A stretch of DNA of 64,000 bases from Chrysomallon squamiferum (lineage: Eukaryota; Animalia; Mollusca): contig CM022666.1 in assembly GCA_012295275.1 (NCBI GenBank), positions 12,028,001 to 12,092,000 of the forward strand. The letters are read 5' to 3'. Below the pieces are notes generated by a model. It saw nothing but the letters and a program-made list of their open reading frames with translations. It ran no database searches and was not told where the DNA came from. This document shows, in pieces, positions 52,733-64,000 of this stretch (position 1 is its first letter; each line of letters opens with the position of its first letter). The translations under genes were made by a program, and so were the position numbers.

Positions 52733-53349
52733 GTGAAATGACAATGAGGTGGTTTTAAAAATACTATGTTAATCATCTTAAGAGTTTCTCAATTTTTTAA
52801 ATTTAAATTAAATTGTAACAACTTTATTTCATTTTAAAATATTATTATTATTGTAATCATCTAAAGTTTTGTTTATTGTTGGTGTCATTCTACTCTTTCT
52901 TTCTATTTATACTTTAGATCGATAATTCATATTGTCTTTACAGGAAAAAAAAAAAAAAAAAAAAGAAGTTTTTATTAGTATTATTTTATGTATATGTATA
53001 TGTATGTACATGTAAGTAATTGTTATTAAATTAATAAAACTTTTCCAAGTTAAAATTTTGCAAAGGTTTAATTTAATTGTCGATCTATTGTTATTTAAAT
53101 ATATTTTTTTTTTAATTTTTTTTTTTTTATTATTATTATTATTCATTAATCTATTTTTTTATTATTTTTTATTTACCTATATATTTATTTTTTATTTTGT
53201 AAACAAAATAGCTACTGATTAAGAGAAAGTACTGTTATTCAGAACTTAATCGAATTTCAATAAAGCATTAATCTTTGAACAAATTCATTTAAAAAAAAGG
53301 TAATGAAAATAAAAAAAACAAAAAAAACAAACAGGGTATAAACGATCAG

Positions 53350-53353
<4 letters not shown>

Positions 53354-53423
<70 letters not shown>

Positions 53424-53619
53424 TACTGCAAATTTAGACATCTCCAGCAATTCAGATATATATAAATTATTTCGATCCTTTATCTTTTTCATGTGAACCA
53501 CTTCTCGAATTAGATGAAATTGGAAATCATACGATGCTGCACAACCTTTGTCTCCAAATAAATTTAAATTTATTGATTATTTTTATTTATTTATTATTAT
53601 TATTATATTTATAATTATA

Positions 53620-53688
<69 letters not shown>

Positions 53689-53813
53689 GTTGTTGTTGTT
53701 GTTTTCTGTTTTATATCTAAATAAGTAATGTCTTTTAAAAGTCGTTTTATTTTTATTTAAATGATAGCAAAGTACAAGTTTGGTATTTTATGATGTTTTT
53801 ATTTCTTTTTCTT

Positions 53814-53848
<35 letters not shown>

Positions 53849-54195
53849 TCAAAAATTTATCAGGTACCTAGTTTTGAGGATACTAAATTAAAAGTCAACA
53901 CATTAATTACAGGTCTGTGTATTTCCAATAATAATTTTAAAAAATATAGCTAATGCAGTAAATCTGAAGTATTTTTTTCTTATTCTTTTTTAAAAATTAC
54001 TAAAATAAACAACTTTAATATAAATAAATTTAAAAAAAAGGTATTAGCCTCCGTTGTATTCTCCATTTAAATGTAATTTTAAAATGTACTTATTTTTAAT
54101 TTTCATTATCTTGTATGCTAAAACGTAATAAATGTGTTATACATTTACACTGTTATTGTATACTAATTATAAATTAGTTATAGTTATTATTATTA

Positions 54196-54263
<68 letters not shown>
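53354..54263. repeat. Microsatellites: (CT)n 53354-53418, (ATT)n/(GTT)n about 53590-53703, (ATT)n about 54184-54263
   Basis: Direct reading. Confidence 0.9.
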
Positions 54264-55174
54264 TTGCCCAATAATTAATATATGGAAAGCTAAAGTTATT
54301 GAATTCGATTTCAGTATTGTGTAAGCAAAATGTTATGTTAACTTAGCCAGAAGCGAGAGTATTTCATTATAACTATTTTATGTAATCCTTACAAAAAATA
54401 ATATTAGTTCGTGTTTATAGAAAAAAAATAGAAGAATATGTATTAGCGCGGTACATGTTACATTTGTACATTTTTTTTCATTGTTATACGTACTGTTATT
54501 TTATGTTTCCATTAAAGAATGAATTCCTTTACTATCTCATTTTGTTTTTCAACTAAAATATTGTAGAACTTAAATATTATAAACAGTCAGATATTATTTA
54601 TTTCTGTTTCGAAATGACTGCTTTATCCAAACCAGCATCTGGTTATGTTATTTATGTGTAGGGCATACGACTATTGAGGTTTGCTTAAATAGGTTTCTGT
54701 CGATTTCAGTTTCAGATATGAGCTCCAGACAAGACAGATAGACAGACAGACAAACACATAGATAGATAGATATCCGCACTTATACAGTACGACTTTATAA
54801 TGAGATCAGATTATACCAGCCTCCAAACACATAATACTATCTGACTGGTTACTGAACTACATCTAATCTGAAAAAATCAAGAGAATAAAATATTTTCTCC
54901 GCAGTTTAATCCCGCTTAAATAGTTGTGATTAATTATTATTAATTCATTGTTAATCAAACAAAATCAATAATTTACTCATTTTAGTAATAAATGGTTAAA
55001 AGTAATGGTCAACCCACTTAATACGTCTGTAACGACAACAGAAAGTAATCATACTGAATCCGTATAAATAGTCATCGCAGTCTCTACTGAGACCGGACGA
55101 ATAACCATTCTTCAAGAGAAGGAAAAAAAAATGAAAAACGCCCATACTGATAAAAATAACTCAACACACTCTTT

Positions 55175-55280
55175 TGCGCATGCTCAATTGACGTCAAAAT
55201 TCCCGCGGCTGCTTAAATTAGTTTTTGATGTATTTAGATGAACTTAGCAGGATAAGTCAACAAATAGTTGTAGTGGAGTG
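55175..55280 (+). promoter_or_regulatory. CDC20 promoter and probable non-coding exon 1: NRF1-like TGCGCATG (55175), CRE TGACGTCA (55189-55196), E2F/CDE-like TTCCCGCG (55200-55207), donor GTG|GTAAGA at 55280/1
   Basis: Clustered motifs in a CpG-retaining patch; the CDC20 ATG directly follows an acceptor AG (55760-55761), implying an upstream exon. Confidence 0.55.
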
Positions 55281-55761
55281 GTAAGAAATGTTTAAACTTC
55301 CCGTGCTAATTAATTAGACCAATAACATTCAGTCAGTGCTTCCATAACTCATAATTCTCCGTGTAGTTTGTTTATTCTCCGGGGAATCCTCTGATATTCA
55401 TCATATCGATATTCATATTGTGATAATTATAATATTAATCATTTAATGGTTAATACTTTAATACTTAATAACAATATACTAATACTGATACTAGTAATAG
55501 TAATACTCATTATACTGATAATCGAAATAAAATTAATACTTGAAAGTATTGCTATTATTTTTAGTAACAGTAAAATATTTAATCATCCAAATCATTATCA
55601 TATCATTATATCACATATGTATTGGATTATAATGGTTTTTCTTATTATTATTGTTCACTTATTTTTTTAGTTGTTGATCTTCCTTTTTTTTTTTTTTTTT
55701 TTCCGAATGTTTTTTAATTAATGACATACTAATGTTTATAAGTTTGACATTTGTTTACAAG

Positions 55762-58700
55762 ATGGCTCAGTTCAATTTAGAGAACATGCTCTCAGAGCTG
55801 ACAAAGATGGATGGACCATTAAATCACGTTTCAAAACCTAGATGGCAAAGGAAGGAGGAAGATGGCCGCAACAGATCTGAAAGAGGTTAATAGTATTATA
55901 ATTCACAATTTAATTAATTTGAATAGTGATAACTTTGCATGTAAAATATCTTTGTTATACATTTTCACAATTTTATAATAATAATAATAACTGGAAATTA
56001 GTATTTAATCATTTTTGTTAGTAATATCAGAAAAAACTAGTCATATGGTAGAAAATAAAATGTGGATTTTTATTATTCCACTATGATTGTATCTAGTAGA
56101 TTTTGAATTTATAATAGAATTTAGCTAATATCGTTTCCTAAATATAAATAAAAATATTTGTTTATATTTCAGTATTAGTTTATGCGAATATTTTATGATG
56201 GTTTATGAAGATGGCTGCTTTCAGAAACCTTATCTTTAGATTAATGTCTTTAATCAGTTAAAAATCTGAATTTGCAGTTGCTTTGTCACCATGGAAACAA
56301 AGACTGACACAGACACCAGGAAAGTCAGTTGCTGATGACCACACAATACATGGAAAAACACCTCAAAAAGTTGCTAGTAAGACTCCCAAGAAAACACCAG
56401 CAAAAACACCTTTGAAGAGTGGACAAGATAGGTAAATTAATATAAACTTATATTAATTACCTGAATCTAACAAAACAAAGTCTGATATTAACCTATATGA
56501 TAGTGCAGACTTTTCTTTTATTCATTCTCTGTGAAATAATAAAGGAAATTTCTATTTCTGCATCTAAATTTATATGATGAGAGTTTATTTTATACACACA
56601 ACTTTCCTTATAGCTAAAACTCAAAAATCTAAAATCTTCAGCTTTTGGGATAGACTGTTATTTTTCATTTGTTAATTTTTTACAATGGAGTTTAATTTCA
56701 ACTAGGGGCTGTTTTAAATAATATTTCAACAGAATAAAATTGTCCTTTGCATGAAATTCATATTTATAATACTAATATTCATTTGTAATTGCAAACACTT
56801 CAATTTTACTAAGCAATTTAGTTGTGCTACACATTAAATTTAAAATAGTTTAGGAGAGAATTAATATTAAATGCAGGCAATAGGCAGAACCACATCAATA
56901 TTTTCATGATGCTGTTAAAGTGTTAGTTAATTTCTGTGAATTCCGAAATAGTATATGTTCAGTAGGTGACGTAAAACATTCATCTAGATTTTATATCAGA
57001 TTGTGCTTTTTAGTAGCACACATGAATTAGCTGTGTATGGCTAGCTAACTTTTAGGCTGTAATTTACTCCAAAATATATGATATATATTTTTTTTTTACT
57101 CTTTCCATGTACAAAATATATTGAATCTGAAATTATTTAATTACAAATATGACGAAGATTATTTATAAATTTGCAGATTCATTCCTAACCGTGCTACCAC
57201 AGACATAGACATGTGTCATTATGCTGTTACAAGCTGTGATGAAAACATTGATCCTGGTGAAGATGAAGGTGCATACCAACATCGACTGGATCAAGTCCTT
57301 CCCAGTGGAAACAATCCACAGAATTATAAACTGTTATCATACAAAACAAGCCTGTGCCTGCTGAACAAGGTATTTTCTTTTCTTCTTTTACATCATATAA
57401 TTAAATTTACTAATAAAATTTTTTCATTTTACTGTACAAAACTTTTTCAGTCAAATTTTTAATCAAACTCTAAATACATTTTTGTTCATAATTTTGCCTT
57501 CACTGTTTCTTGTGTTATAAACTAATAACAAATAAAACAAAGTCAGTTTATGTATGAATTACCAGGTACAATAGTAAACAAAATATTTTCACTTTTAATT
57601 CAGGTCACATGAACAACTTGATGGTGCTGTACAGCTCTACAAAGGTGCAGACGACAGGTGTAAAAACCACACGACACATACCACAGCAAGCTGATCGTGT
57701 TCTCGATGCTCCAAACTTGATGGATGATTACTGTAAGTCATGTGTTTTATATCATAAGCAATTTATTAAAACCAGAAATATAACATACTCTCTAGTCCTC
57801 TAGTCAGAATAGTGGATTAAACAGTAACGTAGTAAGTATACTGTTAATTTAACTTTTCACTACTGGTATAGGTACCACCATATTAATGGCAAATATTTGT
57901 TTATGTATAGTTCAGCTGTAAACAGTATCTATTAGCATTCAAATGGTTAAACAGAAATATTGATTGGAACAGTTGATATCTAATAAATATGGATCCATTT
58001 TGAAACCTGTAACAAAAATTAGACTAATATAATTTTAAAGTTTGTCTTTTGTGTTTTCTGAATAAAATAATTTTGGCATTAATGAATTGATCATAAAGTG
58101 TCAAGTGGAGTGAAAAGAAAAAAATATTCCTTATTTAACTATTTGTAATATATTTTTCCCATTTGTTTAGATTTGGACCTACTGGACTGGTCTTCTAACA
58201 ATCTGCTTGCTGTAGCACTAGGGTCAGCTGTGTATGTGTGGAATGCTCAGACTGAGTCGATTGCTCAACTTTTAGATTTACAAGAGCAGCCAGTGACTAG
58301 TGTGTCTTGGATTAAACAGGGGTCTATTCTTGCAGTGGGTGTTCAGGATGGATCTGTACAGGTGTCTAGTGGTTATTTCTTTAGCATATTTTGTACACAT
58401 TTAGTAGACACATAAACACAAAACAAATGTGCACATCAACATCCTGATACACCTTGTTATCTGTTATTAATTAAATAGTTTTATGAATCATGTATTTTTT
58501 AATTTACTTTTTATTTTCATTTATTTCTTATACAATATATTTTTGTTTATATTTATATAACTTAACAAAATCAGTACATTTTATTAATAATTTTATTTCT
58601 TTTACTTTTTTTTTCATCCATAAGATCATACTCCAGAAGAGATTTTTACAAACTCTAGCTTGAAATGGGAATTCTATTAGGGTGTAATTTGAAAGACAAC

Positions 58701-61347
58701 ACAAAAATTGATTTTATTTTATGTTTTATTTGTAATTTACAGATCTGGGATGCTGACCAGGGGAAACAACTTAGAGTTATGACTAGTCACGCAGCTAGAG
58801 TTGCCTCCTTCTCTTGGAATGCTCATGTCTTGTCAAGGTAACAATTTGATACTGGATACAGAACAACTGTTAACTTTCATTATACAAACAGAACTGTTAA
58901 ATTAGGGGTTCTTTATTACAAATAACAAACAACTGTTTTTTAGCTATGAGAAAACTACTGACTGTAAATAAATGATTCATAATTTAATCAGAAACAGATT
59001 AATATTTCACCACAGTTGAATATGTGAAGATACTATTGCACTAGGATGTTAATTTTGACACATTTATTCATTAAGATGAATGACAGCTGTGACAAAAGAT
59101 ATCTTGTTAGTTAAGTTTCTTAATGAAAATATGTTTTTATAATAACTTGTTATTCCTCCAGTTTTATATGTTCAGTCTTGTCAGTTCATTAATTTAAACA
59201 ATATTTTAAACTCTACTATCTTTTATTTAACATTCTGACCATTATTATTTTAAGACATTTATGTTCATGTCTTCTCAGCTTTTAGTTTGTCACTTCTACA
59301 TTGTAAAGTTTCTTTGAATAATCTTACAATATTATAATAATAATAATAATAACAATAATGTTTGTTTTTTTTACTTTTTTGTTTACAACATGTAACTTAC
59401 TAATTTTGGTTTAGTGGTTCACGCTCTGGTCGCATACACCACCACGATGTGCGTGTTGCTGAGCACCACGTAGGCACGCTGAATCACCACACTCAGGAAA
59501 TCTGCGGACTAAGCTGGTCGCCGTGTGGCCGATTCCTTGCTAGTGGTGGAAACGACAATCTCCTCAATCTGTGGGACAATCACCTAGGAAACTGTGAACA
59601 GCCATTGTTTTCTTTAACTCAGCACCAGGCTGCTGTCAAGGTGAAGTGTTTAGGTTTTTGTTGTTGTTGTTGCTATTTATGAAATCGTTTTATTGCAAAC
59701 TGAATAACTGTAGACCCTTATTAATGTATGAAAATCTATTAGCATCAACAGAAATTTTTTTTTATCAAAATATACAAATTTATTTTCTTACTAGAGAGGT
59801 ATAATTGTCAAACAAACCTGTCCAGTGTTTTTTTTTCTTTATACTTTTTATATATTTTATTCTTCTTTCATATAGTTTTGGATTCTCCGAATACATTTTG
59901 CTTTATATGACATCATTTTATGCTAATAATAAAATATGGCAAGGTTTCCTTTTTATCTCAATTCTTTTTATTCAAAGAAAGGTTAATAAGTAAAGAAAAA
60001 TTAATAATAAGAACGTAACCTCAGTCTGGTTGGTCTGTTTTGTTATTCATCTATTTACAAAACTGTGATGATACACGAACAAAAATTCATTAACAAAGAA
60101 ACAAACAAAACTAACTTGACTGTCTACAAAAAGCATTTGATGTACATTTCATATATATATATATATATATATATAGGCTCTGGCTTGGTGTCCATGGCAA
60201 CCCACCCTGCTGGCCAGTGGTGGAGGCACAGCAGATCGTCATATCAGATTCTGGAATACTTCTAGTGGAACATGTCTCACATCTGTAGACACAAACTCTC
60301 AGGTATAACAAGTTAATTATTACATGTCAGTTTATTTTGAATAATTTATTAAACATAAATATAGTCCAGAAATATTCAGAAGATATAGATAATTTGTTAT
60401 CCAGATATTTTGTTATAGTGGGCCTTTTGATCCATGACATTAGTAATAATTATGGCATCAGACATCAATATCAGTTTTTTTCAATTATTGATATATTGTG
60501 TATTTTCATTATTTGTACTCAGATATCTTTTGCAGACTCATTTGATGGTTAAGTTTTCAGGAGATGGTACAATTGTTTGTTTATATATATATATAAATAT
60601 ATGTAGTGTGTAGATTTGTTTGATTTTATTCAGACTGAAAATTATTTAAACTTTTTAAATTCAGGTCTGCTCCATCCTGTGGTCTAAAGAACATAAAGAA
60701 CTGATATCAGGACATGGTTATACGAACAATCAACTTTCCATCTGGAAATATCCACACATGAAAAAGATTACAGATCTCACTGGTAAAAATTTTATATATT
60801 TATATATAATAATCGCTTCAGAAGTAATCTGACATAATGGAAGAATATTACCAAAAATAAATAATAAAAAATAAAAATAAGAAGAAAATAAATATTAATA
60901 ATAATAAAAAAGTTTGTTACTGTTAGCTAAATATGAACAATACAGAAATGTGGAACAAATTCAATAATTATCATATGACTGAAATAATAGTTTATGAAAA
61001 TTTTTCTCAGGTTCACAAATTTTTATAATTTTCTAAATCTGATTCAATATAAAATTAAACCTTTATCACAGAAAATTATCTGTATTTCATAGTAACTTAC
61101 TGATTAGAAAAAGCATAAAAGCATTCATCTATTATCATGTATTCGGTTTTCTCTTTCAGGTCACGCCTCACGTGTTCTCTCCCTTTGCATGTCACCAGAT
61201 GGCACCACTGTTGCAAGTGCTGCTGCTGATGAAACAATCCGTCTGTGGAAATGTTTTCTTGTTGACAAAGAGAAGAAATCGGCTCCAACAAAACCAAGCT
61301 GTAAAGACGTATCTAGTCTTACAATGTCGCAACGTGGAATTCGATAA
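55762..61347 (+). CDS. CDC20: Cell division cycle protein 20 (APC/C co-activator, fizzy), about 514 aa after correcting a 1-nt frameshift near 57343. Exons: 55762-55885, 56278-56431, 57177-57369, 57604-57732, 58171-58361, 58743-58837, 59415-59640, 60177-60302, 60665-60782, 61160-61347
   Basis: N-terminus MAQF...PRWQRK, multiple TP CDK sites, C-box [29 protein letters not shown]40 repeats ([70 protein letters not shown]) and C-terminal IR tail. Confidence 0.96.
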
Positions 61348-62034
61348 CATTAATATCTAGTTATTTACATAACCATGGGTCTTTCCCACATTGCTCAACC
61401 CGGTTTTGTCATCTCTGGAAAGTTTTCTACAAAATTTCTTAAGAGATGGAATTTTTCTTTCACAAAATATTCTAAAACATGCACTAGGCTGATAATGTCC
61501 CAAATTCTGCTGCACTTATTTTTGAACATTGTGATAAGGGAATTTCACTTCTGTACAGACATCTGTTTATATTTTTCTTGATTTTTGAAAAGTGGGAGAG
61601 TATATATTAATTTTCCCCTATTTTGGTTTAAATATGAAATAGACATTTGACAAATTAACTTGGATAGCTTTAACTTAGTTAAATATATTTTAATTTAAAA
61701 TGGAATTTGAGATCTATTCAAAAACATTTAAAACAAAAACGTATGACTGTCATAAATGTTTTTCTTGTTTTGTGTATAAGATTTGTTTAACTTTGTGATT
61801 ACTGGTATTAGCTAAGTTTGTATTTATAATTCATTCACTTATCAAATTAACATACATTTGATTTTCACAAATTTTAATTTTTTGCTTTCATAACAATATT
61901 TTCTTCAGTATTTTTTCAAAATTCATTGAATTTATAATTTTGAACAACTGTAATGCACAAATGTTTAAATTTTACCTGTATTCCCATGTTTTTGTAAATT
62001 ATATGTAATTTTTGTATATATTTATTGTTCCAAA

Positions 62035-62040
62035 AATAAA
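62035..62040 (+). terminator. Candidate CDC20 polyadenylation signal AATAAA
   Basis: Canonical hexamer about 690 nt after the stop, preceded by U-rich sequence and followed by a GT/T-rich tract at about 62060-62080. Confidence 0.45.
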
Positions 62041-62562
62041 GAATATTTCAATATTAAACTGTTTTACTTGTTACTTGTGCTTATAGTTATTTTTAATTTA
62101 AATATTTAATGTTTAATTTATTAAATTAATATAACTGAGCAATTTTCTATTTTGTTAATTCTTTAAAAAATATATTTTTATTTGTTTAGTTAGCACTGAA
62201 TTATTATTTGGAGATGCAGATATTGAAAAAAAGATAAATAGTGCATACTTTTTAGCAAATATGACAAATATTTGTAAATGTCAAGCAACTCTGATTTGTT
62301 TTAGTGGTATGCTGCTGTGAAAAGAGAATCCATGCTCTTTGAAATAAACCATTTATTTCATGAATTTAAATAAGTGCAAATAAATCATTTCCTCAATTTT
62401 CTAATGGGATCTTTTTAAAACAGTGTTTTACATTGAAGAAGAAACACTTTCATGTCACTGCTGAAGGTGTTCTCACTATTTCTGATAAACAAACCATTTT
62501 TAAAATACGTGTTATAAAAGAAACACTTTATAAAAGCAAATCTAGGTGAATATGTTTATATA

Positions 62563-62597
<35 letters not shown>

Positions 62598-62862
62598 CAA
62601 TACCGTTTGTGAATATAATATTAAAATACAGTTAGTTAATAAGAGAACACTAAATTATTGTTGTCTTTTCTTTTTCTTTCTTTCTTTTTAAATTAGTTAA
62701 TTTATTACTATGTATATTTATTTTCTTCATTAACATATACAAAATGTACACAAACGGAATATCAATAGGTTATCAAACATCGAGTTCAAAATCGACTGGT
62801 CTCTTAAAATAATGGAGGAAACGTTAACATTTACAGGAAGAAAGACGCCAGACATATACAAA

Positions 62863-63959
62863 ATGGCTGACAAATTACCTTGGGGAATGAAGGGGGATAG
62901 ATTAACCCCTGGATCCACAAAAGTAAGTGATTTTGTGTTAGTTATTATGTTCTCTTGAATCTTACCGCTCCATTCTTCATTAAATGGAATTGCAAAATGT
63001 ACCTGTTTCAAGACTTCCAAGCCAATTTTAAAGAATTATTTTTGAAATGACGGAATTGAGAAAAAATTACTTACATAACCTAGATCTTGAAAAACGTTTT
63101 AAACTGATAATCTGTTTCTGACTTTGTTTGTATATCTACTAAGATATTATATAGATAATTATGAAAACTGCCATGTTGAATGATAAATATGCAGCGAAAT
63201 TATCTGCAAATGTATAATAACACTTGTACATTATATTAATTATCATGATTATTAATTTTATTTGCGTTCATTATATTACGATTATCATGATTATAATTCC
63301 AATAATTTAAATAAATAGACGTGAGAAAATCTGAACACAGATTAAATTATTCTGATATTTTAATCACCGGTTTTATAATTCCTCACGTTGAATAATTATT
63401 ATCACGATAACTCCTAAACTCGGCATATACTTATAATACTAGTAACAGTAATACTAATAGTAATAGCACTACAGTGACTACTAATTTAGTAATTACTTAA
63501 TACTGTTACTAGTTAATACTCTTCATCAGTATTGCATTATTTTTATTTTAGTTCATTGAACACCTTAAGCCATACTGAATTTAGTTTATTTTTCGAATTA
63601 CATTTAGCTAAATATTTTTTTTATAATCTTGGTAAACAAGAAAAGTGATAAAGTAAATATGTCTTTTCTGACACTCACAAAACGTAACAAAACTGCATGC
63701 ACTGAAACCGTGATATAAGCATATAAAGAAAAACAGTTTCAGAGTTAGTATTGCAGTTGCAACAGTGACAGTTGTGTGCAAGCTATGAATATACTGATTA
63801 TTAAATATTACTGTTTTATTTACAAAATACTAATTTTATCAATTTTAATTTCATCTTTTATAGGCTATACCTGAAAGTAAACTTAAAATGTTTGAGATTG
63901 GTAACATGAACTTGAAAAAAACTCTCACAAAGAAGGAGCAAGAAGAACTGAAGAAAAAG
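62863..63959 (+). CDS. U2SURP: U2 snRNP-associated SURP motif-containing protein (SR140), first two coding exons 62863-62922 and 63864-63959; continues beyond the right edge
   Basis: Exon 1 MADKLPWGMKGDRLTPGSTK|GTAAGT; exon 2 AIPESKLKMFEIGNMNLKKTLTKKEQEELKKK matches the U2SURP N-terminal block KLKAFSIGKM...TLSKKEQEELKKK; phase-0 GT-AG intron. Missing from the ORF track. Confidence 0.85.
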
Positions 63960-64000
63960 GTTAGAATTTTTTTTTTATAAATGTATATTTTGTATTTATA

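Noticed and set aside
55762-61347. Calling CDC20 a pseudogene
   Set aside because: Single lesion in a homopolymer; all motifs, splice sites and promoter elements otherwise intact.

Overview
AT-rich eukaryotic (animal) genomic DNA with spliceosomal GT-AG introns; most of the supplied short ORFs are spurious. The organism is probably an invertebrate such as a mollusc (inference from composition, intron layout and the CpG pattern only). I reconstructed five multi-exon genes by hand with phase-checked splice sites: (1) TMTC4 on the minus strand, 11 coding exons, running off the left edge; (2) a divergently transcribed type II membrane M28B-family (PSMA/NAALADase/transferrin-receptor-like) gene of about 736 aa that has lost most catalytic and zinc ligands; (3) a two-exon TSSK-like kinase; (4) CDC20, with an apparent 1-nt frameshift; (5) the first two exons of U2SURP. 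Non-coding highlights are a 3.2-kb minisatellite of about 70 copies of a TMTC4 exon/intron junction (an array of splice donors), an intronic inverted-repeat pair bracketing five TMTC4 exons (circRNA-type layout), a conserved-stem/variable-loop hairpin array starting at the stop codon of the TfR-like gene, two hAT-type MITEs and several other mini- and microsatellites. I found no rRNA, tRNA or CRISPR features. All alignments and identities are by eye.
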